Assembly (NCBI GenBank): GCA_024683495.1
Contig: JAIKYF010000021.1
Coordinates: 1 to 41,651 of the forward strand
Origin: Bacilli bacterium
GTDB lineage: Bacteria; Bacillota_I; Bacilli_A; RFN20; CAG-826
Direction of reading: 5' to 3'
Length of the DNA: 41,651 nt
Shown here: positions 17,543 to 27,639 of the stretch, in pieces
Position numbering within the stretch: position 1 is the first letter of the stretch
How the letters are laid out: each line of letters begins with the position of its first letter
Translations under genes and position numbers: made by a program
Notes under the pieces: generated by a model
Told to the model about the DNA's origin: nothing
The model's database searches: none
Seen by the model: the letters and a program-made list of their open reading frames with translations, nothing else

Positions 17543-20500
17543 TTAGCCTTCAAGGTGCTTTAAATAAAGCACATGTATCAAATTTGTGATTTCTTCGAGG
17601 TGGTCAAGCCACTTCTCTTGCTTGTAATAACGGATTCTTAATCTCTTTTCGACGAAAGAAACGCGGATGAATTTTAGATATGGGGTCATCCTCTCAAATA
17701 GAGAAACCCCAATCCCGTTTATCCTCGAGAAAGTGTCCGATAAGTTGATGTCGACATAGGTATCGTAGTCTTCGACCGAAGTGAATTCCTCGCTTTCGGT
17801 AAAGATATCGATGCTCTTTTTCTTAATCAAAAGCTTAACCTCTTCTGGCATTTTCCCATACATATCCCGCATATGTTTGCTGAAAGCGCGCAATTCTTTC
17901 TCATCTTTGACCGCGTCTAATTCCTGATATAAACCAACCTTATCGGAGTTAATCGCATAGCCTTGAGGGATATAGGCATCGATCTTGAAAAGCTTCTTCG
18001 GCTTAGGAGGCTCCTTAGGCTTCCCAGCCTTTTTCTCCTCAATCGCATCATTAAGGAGCTTCATATATAGATCTAAGCCAATCGTATCGATGAAGCCTGC
18101 TTGCTCAGAACCCAAAATATCTCCCGCGCCTCTAATCATCAAGTCGCGTTGGGCAATCTTGTAGCCAGAGCCTAATTCGGTGAATTCCTGAATGGCTTTT
18201 AGTCTCTTCTGGGCCTCATCATTAAGGTCTTTATAGGGCTTATACATCAAATAGGCATAGGCGATTTTATCACCTCGGCCGACTCTGCCCTTAATCTGAT
18301 AGAGTTGGGCTAAACCAAATCGGTCGGCATCTTCCACGATAATCATATTCGCGTTAGGGATGTCGATTCCATTTTCGACGATGGAAGTGCAGACCAAAAC
18401 GTTAATTTCCTTATCATAGAATTTCGCCATGACGTCTTCGATTTCTTCCTTTTCCATCTGGCCATGGACCACCCCCACTTTCGCGGATGGGACATTTCTA
18501 GCGATATAAGACGAACGGGAATAAATGCTGGCGATTTTGTTATGGACATAGAATACCTGCCCATCTCTTGCCAATTCTCGAGAGATAAGCTCATAAGCCA
18601 CATCTTCTGAATAAGGGGTGACATAAGTTTGGATCGGCATTCTGGCTTCCGGGGCCGTATTGATCTGCGATAAAGGTCTAATGCCGACCAAAGACATCTG
18701 CATGGTTCTAGGTATTGGGGTGGCCGATAAAGTCAAAACATCGACGGAGGATTTCAATTCTTTGATCTTCTCTTTTTGCTCGACTCCGAATCTTTGTTCT
18801 TCATCCACGATCAATAGGCCTAGATCCTTAAAGTGGATTTCTTTCGATAATAGGCGATGGGTCCCGATAACTAGATGAATCTTTCCTTCATCGATTTCCT
18901 TAATCGCCACCTTCTGAACGGCAGTCGGGACTAATCGAGATAACTGGGCGATATGGACTCCGAAATTCGCGAATCTTTGAAGGGCCACTTCATAATGTTG
19001 CCTTGCTAATAAGGTCGTCGGGCAGAGCAAGGCCACTTGCTTGCCCGCTGAAATCGCTTTGAAGGCCGCTCTAAAAGCGATTTCAGTTTTGCCAAAACCC
19101 ACGTCTCCGCATAATAGACGGTCCATGATTTCCGGCTTTTCCATATCCTCTTTGATTTCATCGAGGGATTTTTGCTGGTCTAGCGTTAATTGATAAGGGA
19201 ATTCTTGCTCAAATCTTTCTTGGAATTCATCGTCGGGTGGGAAGGCAAATCCTTCGATTTTCGTCCTCTCCCCATATAAAGAAATCAAACGGTCGGCAAG
19301 ATCAGACATCTTCTCTTTGATCTGCTGCTTCTTCTTTTTCCATCCGTTGCCGAATAAAGAGGATAATTTTGGGGCATAGCCTTCTCGGCCTGAATATTTC
19401 CTGATGAGATGGAGCTGCTCTAAAGGGACGTAAAGGACTTGGTTATTCGCATAGATGATCTTGATATAGTCGCGATGAAGGCCGTCGACTTCCATCGTCA
19501 TGATCTCGGCGAATTGACCGATGCCTTTATATTCGTGGACGACATAATCGCCAGGCTGAAGATCTTCGTAGGTTTTAAGGATCGTGGCTTCTTTGAACCT
19601 AGAGGAGAAACGGGAGTTCGCGACTTTTTGGCCAAAGATCTCGCTTGAAGAGATATAGGCAACCTTGATGTCGGGAATCTCAAATCCGGAGTTTAAGGGG
19701 GTGGTCGCAAGACCGAGTTTTCCTTCTGGAAGAGTAAATCCATCCACGATTTGATAGGGAATTTGAGAATTTTCCAAGAAACTCTTAACCGTCTCTAATT
19801 GACGATTATCATTAAGGGAAATCACCAATTTATCGGTGCTGGCCAAGTAGTTATTGACCGTCGGAACCAAGGAAGCGATGCCAGTTCCGGCCGAGATGAT
19901 CTTTCGGACATTGAAGAAAGAATCGTCAGGGCCTTTCACATATCTTTGCCCAAAGAAGACCTTGCTCATCTTCGCTAAGGCTTTATCGATGCCCATATAG
20001 ACTTCTAAATGAGAGGGAATCAATTGATTTTGATGGAGTTCATTGAGGAAGGCTCTTGATTCCTGATCTAAAAGTTGGGTGGAGGCCGTGAAAGCTTCTT
20101 TAGAAGAGACGAAACAGAGTTTGTAATCAAAATAACTGGTGATGGAATAAGGCTCTCCGACCGCGAAGCCCATATATTTATAAAGTCCTGGGCGGTAGTT
20201 TCTTCCGACGATATTCTCAAGGTCCACCATCGTGTGCTGCTTGAGGATCTCCCGTTGGCTGTCATTAAGGAAGGATAGATCGACGTCTAATTGATCATTT
20301 ATTCTCATGACAAAGGAATTGATTTCATCATCGTCGAGGAATAAATCGGTAGCAGGCAAAATATCGATTTCTTCGATTTCTTCAACCGAGGATTGAGTGG
20401 CGATATCGAAGAATCTAATCGATTCGATGTCCGTATCGAAGAATTCGATTCGGATGGGTTTTAGATAATTGACCGAATAGATGTCGAGGATATCTCCCCT

Positions 20501-20989
20501 AGAAGCGAATTCGAGAGATTGGTCGATCTTATTGACCTTCTTATAGCCCATCTCTAAAAGAGAGGACTTTAGATCTTCGAGCTTATAATTCCCATTTTTC
20601 TTCAGATGAATGGTGTGGGATTTAAATTTCTTGGGGTTGGGGAGATAACGGAGAAGGGCCGCAGGATGGGTGACGAGGATTTTCTTTTTCTCGTTTTGCA
20701 ATTGCCCCATGGCATAGAGCCTTTGCGACATCAATTCATTAGAGGAAGAGAGGGATTCTGCCCGCAATAATTCATCGGCTGGAAAGAAAACCACTTCCTC
20801 CTCTTTTAGGAAATTAAGCAAAAACTCATAGGTCTTCTGAGCCCCATAAAGGTTATTGGAGACGATGACGTAATTATCGGGTTGTTCCTTATATAAAGCT
20901 GCGAAAAGTAGACCCGTTCCAATCGTTTCATCCACGACCAAATTCCCCTTCTTCTTCAAGAGGGGGGAGGTTGAAATTAAGTTTTGCAA
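17543..20989 (-). CDS. mfd: Transcription-repair coupling factor
   Basis: 'GDYVVH..GIG', 'GDVGFGKTE', 'VDEEQRFG', 'SATPIPRT', 'QIKGRVGR'. Start codon uncertain. Confidence 0.97.
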   Translation of the reverse strand: MQNLISTSPLLKKKGNLVVDETIGTGLLFAALYKEQPDNYVIVSNNLYGAQKTYEFLLNFLKEEEVVFFPADELLRAESLSSSNELMSQRLYAMGQLQNEKKKILVTHPAALLRYLPNPKKFKSHTIHLKKNGNYKLEDLKSSLLEMGYKKVNKIDQSLEFASRGDILDIYSVNYLKPIRIEFFDTDIESIRFFDIATQSSVEEIEEIDILPATDLFLDDDEINSFVMRINDQLDVDLSFLNDSQREILKQHTMVDLENIVGRNYRPGLYKYMGFAVGEPYSITSYFDYKLCFVSSKEAFTASTQLLDQESRAFLNELHQNQLIPSHLEVYMGIDKALAKMSKVFFGQRYVKGPDDSFFNVRKIISAGTGIASLVPTVNNYLASTDKLVISLNDNRQLETVKSFLENSQIPYQIVDGFTLPEGKLGLATTPLNSGFEIPDIKVAYISSSEIFGQKVANSRFSSRFKEATILKTYEDLQPGDYVVHEYKGIGQFAEIMTMEVDGLHRDYIKIIYANNQVLYVPLEQLHLIRKYSGREGYAPKLSSLFGNGWKKKKQQIKEKMSDLADRLISLYGERTKIEGFAFPPDDEFQERFEQEFPYQLTLDQQKSLDEIKEDMEKPEIMDRLLCGDVGFGKTEIAFRAAFKAISAGKQVALLCPTTLLARQHYEVALQRFANFGVHIAQLSRLVPTAVQKVAIKEIDEGKIHLVIGTHRLLSKEIHFKDLGLLIVDEEQRFGVEQKEKIKELKSSVDVLTLSATPIPRTMQMSLVGIRPLSQINTAPEARMPIQTYVTPYSEDVAYELISRELARDGQVFYVHNKIASIYSRSSYIARNVPSAKVGVVHGQMEKEEIEDVMAKFYDKEINVLVCTSIVENGIDIPNANMIIVEDADRFGLAQLYQIKGRVGRGDKIAYAYLMYKPYKDLNDEAQKRLKAIQEFTELGSGYKIAQRDLMIRGAGDILGSEQAGFIDTIGLDLYMKLLNDAIEEKKAGKPKEPPKPKKLFKIDAYIPQGYAINSDKVGLYQELDAVKDEKELRAFSKHMRDMYGKMPEEVKLLIKKKSIDIFTESEEFTSVEDYDTYVDINLSDTFSRINGIGVSLFERMTPYLKFIRVSFVEKRLRIRYYKQEKWLDHLEEITNLIHVLYLKHLEG

Positions 20990-21020
20990 CGACTCGAATA
21001 AATCTATAAAAGGACCTCAA

Positions 21021-21587
21021 CTACTTTTGGTTGTACTTATTCATGGCTTTGGTGAATCCATGGATGGCGATTTCTTTTAAGGCTTCGGCGGCCTTGGTTG
21101 TGGCATCATCGATCTTAGTCAAAGATTCGCCCGTTGGCTTAGATAAAACATAGTCGATGGCATTGTGGAACTCAGGCTCTCCAATCCCGACCCGGATGCG
21201 CTTAATTTCATCTTTTCCGAGCAAATCGATGATATTTTGCATTCCTTTTTGACCGCCGCTGGAGCCAGATAAGCGGAGACGGATGGTCCCTTCTGGTAAG
21301 GCCATATCGTCATAGATTATGACAATATCCTCGATATCGATCTTAAAATAAGCGGCCAAGGGTTGGACGAAAGTGCCAGAGAGATTCATATAGGTCATCG
21401 GCTTAGCGATGATGATCGGCTCAGGGAAAACGGGGTTCTTGATGATGGTATAGACCCCTTTGAATTCGTTGCGGTCGAAATCCACCCCCGCCATATCCGC
21501 GAATTTATCGATAGTGATAAAACCCATGTTATGACGGGTGTTTTCGTATTCTTTGCCGTAGTTGCCTAATCCGACGAATAGTTTCAT
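21021..21587 (-). CDS. pth: Peptidyl-tRNA hydrolase
   Basis: 'VGLGNYG.EY..TRHNMGF', 'KPMTYMNLSG', 'RIRVGIG'. Confidence 0.97.
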   Translation of the reverse strand: MKLFVGLGNYGKEYENTRHNMGFITIDKFADMAGVDFDRNEFKGVYTIIKNPVFPEPIIIAKPMTYMNLSGTFVQPLAAYFKIDIEDIVIIYDDMALPEGTIRLRLSGSSGGQKGMQNIIDLLGKDEIKRIRVGIGEPEFHNAIDYVLSKPTGESLTKIDDATTKAAEALKEIAIHGFTKAMNKYNQK

Positions 21588-21595
21588 GAGTAAAG

Positions 21596-22144
21596 TTATT
21601 TATCTCCATCAGGAGTGACGTCGACAACTGCTAAAGCGCGGACGACGGAACAAATCTTGTCGACACCTTCGTGGTCATAGTATTCGACTGGGTGATCAAG
21701 GATTTGCAAAATGGCTGATCCCGCGGGGTTATCGGGAGAGTCAACGCTGGAATTCAAGCCTCTCTTTAATAACATCTTCTCGATGGGGTTGAGTTTGGAG
21801 AAATCGAAGGAGCCTCTAAGCTGATAGTAACGGATATGATACATATCAAGGAGGTTCTGAGAGATTAAGTCTCTTCTGCCTTCGCGGCTTGGGATGGCCA
21901 TGCCGACGGAATAGACGATGACATTTTTATCTTCGATTGCCGACCAGGATTGGAGGAAATCATCAATACCCATGATGACGCCTGCTCTGATCCAGCCACC
22001 GAAAATAATGGTGTCGTAATCTGCCAATTTCTTTTTGCGGAATTTCTTTAACGCGCAGCATTCCGCGCCAACGTTCTTGGCGATTTCTTCGGCATAGGCC
22101 TGAGCGCAGCCGGTTTTTGAGGTATAAAGGACAATGGTTTTCAT
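21596..22144 (-). CDS. Flavodoxin-domain protein (HemG-like/Flavodoxin_5)
   Basis: 'IVLYTSKTGCAQAYAEEIA', 'YDTIIFGGWIRAG', 'LRGSFDFSKL'. Confidence 0.8.
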   Translation of the reverse strand: MKTIVLYTSKTGCAQAYAEEIAKNVGAECCALKKFRKKKLADYDTIIFGGWIRAGVIMGIDDFLQSWSAIEDKNVIVYSVGMAIPSREGRRDLISQNLLDMYHIRYYQLRGSFDFSKLNPIEKMLLKRGLNSSVDSPDNPAGSAILQILDHPVEYYDHEGVDKICSVVRALAVVDVTPDGDK

Positions 22145-22307
22145 AGTGGGTTTATTCTATCATTCTTTTCAAGAAAAGAAGAGCAAAAGAAACTCTGTGA
22201 AATAAGAAAAGACGAAAGTTTTCTTTTTGTTATGGAATTGTAATGGCTACAATTGAAGATATTCTGGAAAATATCTAAAATACTTCTATAAGGAATTTAA
22301 AACGAAT

Positions 22308-23039
22308 ATGGATGTAGAATTTGAGCCGATTAGCAGGAAAGTTTTACCTGTCATTTACGTCATCGATACCTCAGGTTCGATGAGAGGGAAAAAGATCAAG
22401 CAAGTCAATGAGGCCATGTCTCAAGTTGGCGAATTGATGAAAGACGTCGCTGATAATAACGCCGATGCAGACATCAAAATCGGGGCGATGACTTTCTCTA
22501 ATGAGCCAACCTGGATTACCGAAAATGGATTGGTCGACTGCGAAGATTTCGTGTGGCCGAATGTCGAAGCGAAACTAGGGACCGGATTAGGAAGGGCCAT
22601 CGAAGAACTCGACAAGAAATTATCTAGAAGCGAATTTCTTAAATCAGATACCGGCTTTGCCGTCCCTATCATAATTTTCATGTCTGATGGCCGCCCGAAT
22701 AACGGATGGAAGAAAAAAGCCGAAAAAGCCCATGAGAACAATTGGTACGACATGGCAAGAAGAATCGCCATTGCCATCGGCGATGAAGCCGACCGCGAGG
22801 TCCTCGCGGAAATCACTGGCAATGATGAGCTTGTCATCGGCCTTTCCGATAAGGATATCGACGTCTTGAAAAAACTAATCGTCGCCGTGACTGTCTCCGC
22901 CACCAAAATCGGAACTAGAACGCACTCATCGGAAGAAAAAGATCCCTCAGTTCAGATTGTCGCCCAGACCATTAGAGAGATCGATCCTGATAGAAAGCAG
23001 ATCCAATCCACCATCGATACAATCGATGAAGATTGGTGA
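22308..23039 (+). CDS. vWA domain protein, TerY-like
   Basis: 'LPVIYVIDTSGSMRG.KI..VN' MIDAS motif and 'PIIIFMSDGRP'. Confidence 0.85.
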   Translation: MDVEFEPISRKVLPVIYVIDTSGSMRGKKIKQVNEAMSQVGELMKDVADNNADADIKIGAMTFSNEPTWITENGLVDCEDFVWPNVEAKLGTGLGRAIEELDKKLSRSEFLKSDTGFAVPIIIFMSDGRPNNGWKKKAEKAHENNWYDMARRIAIAIGDEADREVLAEITGNDELVIGLSDKDIDVLKKLIVAVTVSATKIGTRTHSSEEKDPSVQIVAQTIREIDPDRKQIQSTIDTIDEDW

Positions 23040-23155
23040 CAATATTTGCCATTCTGTCTAATATTTGAAAAATTTCCCGTGCAAAACGCGCCTAAAATTG
23101 CACGGGACTTTTTTATGGGTAGAAACAAAATTAAATGACTACTACAATAATTTCC

Positions 23156-24124
23156 ATGAAATTCAAAACCTTTGTAAAAGACACATTCCTCGGCGCCACA
23201 ATGGGGCTAGGTATGGTTCCTGGCGTCTCTGCCGGCACCATGGGGGTTATTTCTGGCATCTACGATAAACTCATCGATAACGTAAATACCCTGAGGAAAG
23301 ATTTCAAAAGATCGTTTTTGACCCTCTTGCCGATAGGCATCGGTTTCGTTCTTTCTTCGATCTTCTTCCTTTTGCTTACCCATAAGCTTTATGGTTATGC
23401 GCCGATCGCTATCTCTTGCGCTTGCGCTGGCATCATCATCGGCTCTCTCCCCACTATCACAAAGGAAGTCAAAGGAGAGAAAATCGATTGGAAATTCATC
23501 TTGCTCTTCTTAGCGGGATTTATTGTCTCTGCTGGACTAGGAATCTTGAGCGCTTTGGCTGAATTATATTGGCATTTCGATTTAAGCGCTCCATTCGCCA
23601 ATCCGACTTGGTGGGTATATCTTCTCTGCGTTTTAGCAGGTTTTATCGCCGCCGTCGCCATGGTTATCCCTGGCATCTCCGGCTCGATGATTCTCTTCCT
23701 ATGCGGAATGTATCTCCCTATCGTCAACTATTTCTCCCTCTCCTATCCTGGAAGCATGTTCAACGACAGCAGCAAAATCGTTCCGGGGATTCTTATCATC
23801 ATCTCCATTGTTATCGGCGTTTTAATCGGAGTCCTGACGGTCGCTAAAGCGATGAAAGTGTTGCTAGTGAGACAACGTGCCAACACTTTCAAAGTCGTCT
23901 TGGGCTTTGTTATCGGCTCCATCATCTCGATGTTCATCTCAAACAACATGATTATCGATGCCACCAGCACCACTCCGGCGACCTGGGTTTACGCCAAGAC
24001 CCCACTTTGGGAATGGGTAGTTTCACCCATCCTCTTAATCGCCATGACCGCCTTATTCTTCTATCTCACTTACCTTCGTCCTAAGGCTAAGGCCAAGAAG
24101 ATGGAAACGAATATAGAGAATTAA
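23156..24124 (+). CDS. DUF368 family membrane protein
   Basis: Two 'PG(V/I)S(A/G)G/S' motifs (VPGVSAGT, IPGISGS) in a multi-TM protein. Start at ATG 23156 (track gives 23135). Confidence 0.88.
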   Translation: MKFKTFVKDTFLGATMGLGMVPGVSAGTMGVISGIYDKLIDNVNTLRKDFKRSFLTLLPIGIGFVLSSIFFLLLTHKLYGYAPIAISCACAGIIIGSLPTITKEVKGEKIDWKFILLFLAGFIVSAGLGILSALAELYWHFDLSAPFANPTWWVYLLCVLAGFIAAVAMVIPGISGSMILFLCGMYLPIVNYFSLSYPGSMFNDSSKIVPGILIIISIVIGVLIGVLTVAKAMKVLLVRQRANTFKVVLGFVIGSIISMFISNNMIIDATSTTPATWVYAKTPLWEWVVSPILLIAMTALFFYLTYLRPKAKAKKMETNIEN

Positions 24125-24167
24125 AATCCCTAGCAAAACCATAATATTTTTAGACGAAAGGAGTTTT

Positions 24168-24767
24168 ATGCCGCGGACAAAAGAACAAAATGAACAAATC
24201 AAAGAGAAGCGCAAGACAGAGATTCTTGACGCTGTCTTGGACTTATATTTGACCCATGGGTTTGATGAGGTGAACGTCACTGACGCCACTAGAGAGGCCA
24301 AGTGTTCAAGAAGCCTCTTCTACTTCTATATCAAAGATATGGATGAGGCTCCGAAAATCATCGCCGAAGCCTATAAAGACTCCTTGGAGAAATTGAACTT
24401 CTTCGCCATCTTAGAAAAAGCCAAAGCCCTTGGGGGAAGAGATGGAATCGAATTAATCATCGATCACTTCGTTTCCACCTTGAATAGGGCCGCCAAAAAT
24501 CCGAAAGAAGACTTCCGCTTTGCCCGCTTAGTCCTCTTATCTCTTTTCTCGAAAAGCGAGAATGCCGCTCCATTAAGAAAATTATCAGCCAAAGAGCCAT
24601 TGATGGAATTAATCAAGCAGGCTCAAGCCGAAGGCAAGGTCAGAATGAATGACCCAGAAGATGTCGCGAATGATATCTTGATAATCCTTCTTTGCGCACA
24701 TCAAAACATTGCCATCGGGCATCGGGATAATATTCCTACTAGAAATAGCTTCTTGCTTCTACTCTAA
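24168..24767 (+). CDS. TetR/AcrR family regulator
   Basis: 'ILDAVLDLYLTHGFDEVNVTDATREAKCSRSLFYFY' helix-turn-helix. Confidence 0.85.
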   Translation: MPRTKEQNEQIKEKRKTEILDAVLDLYLTHGFDEVNVTDATREAKCSRSLFYFYIKDMDEAPKIIAEAYKDSLEKLNFFAILEKAKALGGRDGIELIIDHFVSTLNRAAKNPKEDFRFARLVLLSLFSKSENAAPLRKLSAKEPLMELIKQAQAEGKVRMNDPEDVANDILIILLCAHQNIAIGHRDNIPTRNSFLLLL

Positions 24768-24770
24768 TCG

Positions 24771-26474
24771 TTATTTCGATTTATTAGGCTTCTTCACGGG
24801 AGCCTTTTCTTTTTTGTCTTTAGGCTGTTTGTCTTTCTTTGGGGCCGGTTTCTTTTGCTTTTTGGATTTAGTTTCGAGGATTTTAGCGGCTCTTTCTTTG
24901 ATAAGCTCTGCCAAAGGTTTTCTTTCTCTGGTGTTGAAATCGTTGATGTCTTTATAGATCCTTCCAAGACGGGGATACATCTTTAGATAAGCGTTCTTAT
25001 AGAGATATTCATAGATTTCGGCGTCTTTCTTTCTTGGGGTAAAGGTGTCCTTTAGGTGGACCATCGCCTCAATCGCTTCTTCGGGGGTGGAGAATCTCTT
25101 GATGGCTAAGAACCCGGCGATCGCGGCGCCTAAAGAAGAGGTCTCTGAGGTCTGGACTCTAGTAACTGGACGGTTAAAGATATCCGCGGTGATTTGGCAA
25201 GCGGCATCGCTTTGGGATCCGCCACCCGAAACACGGAGCTCATTGATCTTATGATGAATTCTCTTTTCGAAATTCTTCTCTAAGCCTTCTCTAAGGGCAT
25301 AGCCGATGCCTTCGATGATGGCCCGGTAAAAATGGAGTTGGGTGATGGAATCGGAGAAGCCGATGATCGCCCCTTTGGCGAAGGGTCTAGATAGACCTGG
25401 GCCCCAATAAGGTTGTAAGACTAGTCCATCGCAACCAGGAGGAACTGAATCGATGACCCCATCTAATTCAGCCGCGGAGATGTCGGTGATCATGTCATCG
25501 ATTTTCTTTCCGCCGAATTCTTTTAAGAACCAGTTAATCATCCAATATCCACGATAGATTTGGATATCCATGTTGTAATAGCCAGGGATGCAAGACGGAT
25601 ATGGAGGGATGAATTTCTCGGAGACGGTGTATTTCTTTCTCGTGGTTTCGATACTTGAGGCGGTTCCGTAGGAAATCGCGGCGATTGAATCGTCGATAAC
25701 GCCTAAGCCAAGGGTTTCGCAGGATTTATCGGAGCCACAGGCATAGACCTTTAATCCAGCGGGCAAGCCGGTGATTTTGGAGGCTTCTTCGGTGATGCCT
25801 CCGATGCACGAGCCTTCAGGAACGATTTCACATAGATAATCGCGGGTGACGCCGAAAATCTGGCCCGTCATGTTCTTTTCTGGACGCTTATACCAATCGC
25901 GATGTTTGGCATCGTTTGGATAGTGACCAGCCTGCGAAGAGGCAGAATCTTTCATCTCGCCCGTTAATCTAAAAATGAAATAGGTTGAGACATTGAGATA
26001 TTTTTTGACCTTCGCCCAATTCTCTGGCTCATTTTCCTTGACCCAGTTGGCGACGGTTTTCTTCTGATTGACGATCAAAGCGTTTCTCATTCCGACTAAA
26101 TCGAGGACGAGACGATGAGCAAGAGGGAGTTTCTTGGGGTGTTCCGCCATCCTTTGGTCAAGCCAAAGAATCATCGGGCGGACGACTTTGTTATCTTTAT
26201 CTAGAAGAACGGCTGAATCTCTGAAGCAGGAGATAGTGGCTCCGGCGACCTTACTTAATAAATCTGGGGTATTCCCTGCTAATTTATTCGTGCATCTAGC
26301 CATGCATTCGAAATAATAGTCCGGGTCTTGCTCGGCGTAGTTGGGCAACTCCGAAAAATAAGCGGGCGAATATTTTTCTTTCTCCGAGGCGATGATCTCG
26401 CCTTTGTCATTGAAGATCGCGACTTTGACACTTTGGGTGCCGAAGTCAATCGTTAGAATATACTGTTCTTCCAT
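24771..26474 (-). CDS. FGGY-family carbohydrate kinase
   Basis: 'IDFGTQSVK', 'ILWLDQR', 'SYGT', 'RAIIEGI', 'SGGGSQS'; Lys-rich tail. Confidence 0.9.
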   Translation of the reverse strand: MEEQYILTIDFGTQSVKVAIFNDKGEIIASEKEKYSPAYFSELPNYAEQDPDYYFECMARCTNKLAGNTPDLLSKVAGATISCFRDSAVLLDKDNKVVRPMILWLDQRMAEHPKKLPLAHRLVLDLVGMRNALIVNQKKTVANWVKENEPENWAKVKKYLNVSTYFIFRLTGEMKDSASSQAGHYPNDAKHRDWYKRPEKNMTGQIFGVTRDYLCEIVPEGSCIGGITEEASKITGLPAGLKVYACGSDKSCETLGLGVIDDSIAAISYGTASSIETTRKKYTVSEKFIPPYPSCIPGYYNMDIQIYRGYWMINWFLKEFGGKKIDDMITDISAAELDGVIDSVPPGCDGLVLQPYWGPGLSRPFAKGAIIGFSDSITQLHFYRAIIEGIGYALREGLEKNFEKRIHHKINELRVSGGGSQSDAACQITADIFNRPVTRVQTSETSSLGAAIAGFLAIKRFSTPEEAIEAMVHLKDTFTPRKKDAEIYEYLYKNAYLKMYPRLGRIYKDINDFNTRERKPLAELIKERAAKILETKSKKQKKPAPKKDKQPKDKKEKAPVKKPNKSK

Positions 26475-26656
26475 TCTTATACTCCCGATAAGATATCATT
26501 CGTAATAGACCCCTAAATCTTATCTAATTATTGCCGAGAAATCAAAACAGAGGCACTCCATAAACATTAGTTACACTAAAATCTAGCGAAATATTAACAA
26601 TTTTAGCCGTTTTTGTTGTTTCATTCTTGTTATATAATGGGCACAGGTAAAAACAT

Positions 26657-27637
26657 ATGATCATTTCTCGTGCACCATTCAGAGTCAGCTTCTGCGGCGG
26701 CGGAAGCGACATTCCTTCGTTCTATGAAAAGTATGGCGGCTGCGTCCTTTCGACGAGCATCCGCAAATACTGCTATCTAGCCTTGAACCCCGCCTTCAAC
26801 AAGGATGATATCACCCTTAAATATTCCAAGACCGAATCCGTCAAAGATCCTTCTTTAATCGAGCATAGGATCTTTAAGCAAGTCTTGACCGATTTTAACG
26901 TCAAAGGAATCGAAATCACCTCTATGGCCGATATCCCTTCCGGGACTGGCTTAGGATCATCTAGCTCTTTCACCGTCGCCTTATTGAAGTTGATGTATAC
27001 CTACATTGAAAAGGCCGCCTCCTCTTATAAAATCGCCAAAGAAGCCTGCGAAGTGGAAATCGAAGAGCTCCATAATCCGATTGGTAAACAAGACCAATTC
27101 GCCGCGGCTTTCGGTGGCCTCCGTTATTATGAATTCTGCCCCGATGGATTCGTGAAAATCGAACCTGTCATCATGAAGCACGAATCCTATGTCAAACTTC
27201 AGAATAACCTTTTGATGTTCTACACCGGGGAAGTTAGGGACGCCAATAACATCTTAGGAGTCGAAACCAAGAATCTTGCAACCGACTTAGATAAGATTGA
27301 ATCCACCAAAAAACTCTGCCTCATGACTAAGGAACTAAAGGCCCATTTAGAAGAGAATGATGTCGATTTCCTTGGCAAAACCCTTATGGATGGCTGGATG
27401 ATCAAAAAGAGCCTAGCCCATGGCATCTCCAATCCCTTGATCGACGAAGCCTTCGAAAAAGGAATCGTCGGCGGAGCAACGGGCGGCAAACTCTTGGGTG
27501 CCGGCGGAGGCGGATTCCTCCTCTTCTATGTCCCAACTGAAGAAGCCAAAGCCGAAGTCAGAAGGAATTTATCTTATTTGACCGAGATGAAGTTTGAATT
27601 GGATCAAGCCGGATGCTCGATCATCTTCACCGAATAA
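26657..27637 (+). CDS. hddA: D-glycero-alpha-D-manno-heptose-7-phosphate kinase (GHMP)
   Basis: 'SRAPFRVSFCGGGSD', 'PSGTGLGSSS', 'GKQDQ', 'GGKLLGAGGGGF'; adjacent to gmhA/gmhB homologs. Confidence 0.85.
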   Translation: MIISRAPFRVSFCGGGSDIPSFYEKYGGCVLSTSIRKYCYLALNPAFNKDDITLKYSKTESVKDPSLIEHRIFKQVLTDFNVKGIEITSMADIPSGTGLGSSSSFTVALLKLMYTYIEKAASSYKIAKEACEVEIEELHNPIGKQDQFAAAFGGLRYYEFCPDGFVKIEPVIMKHESYVKLQNNLLMFYTGEVRDANNILGVETKNLATDLDKIESTKKLCLMTKELKAHLEENDVDFLGKTLMDGWMIKKSLAHGISNPLIDEAFEKGIVGGATGGKLLGAGGGGFLLFYVPTEEAKAEVRRNLSYLTEMKFELDQAGCSIIFTE

Positions 27638-27639
27638 CC

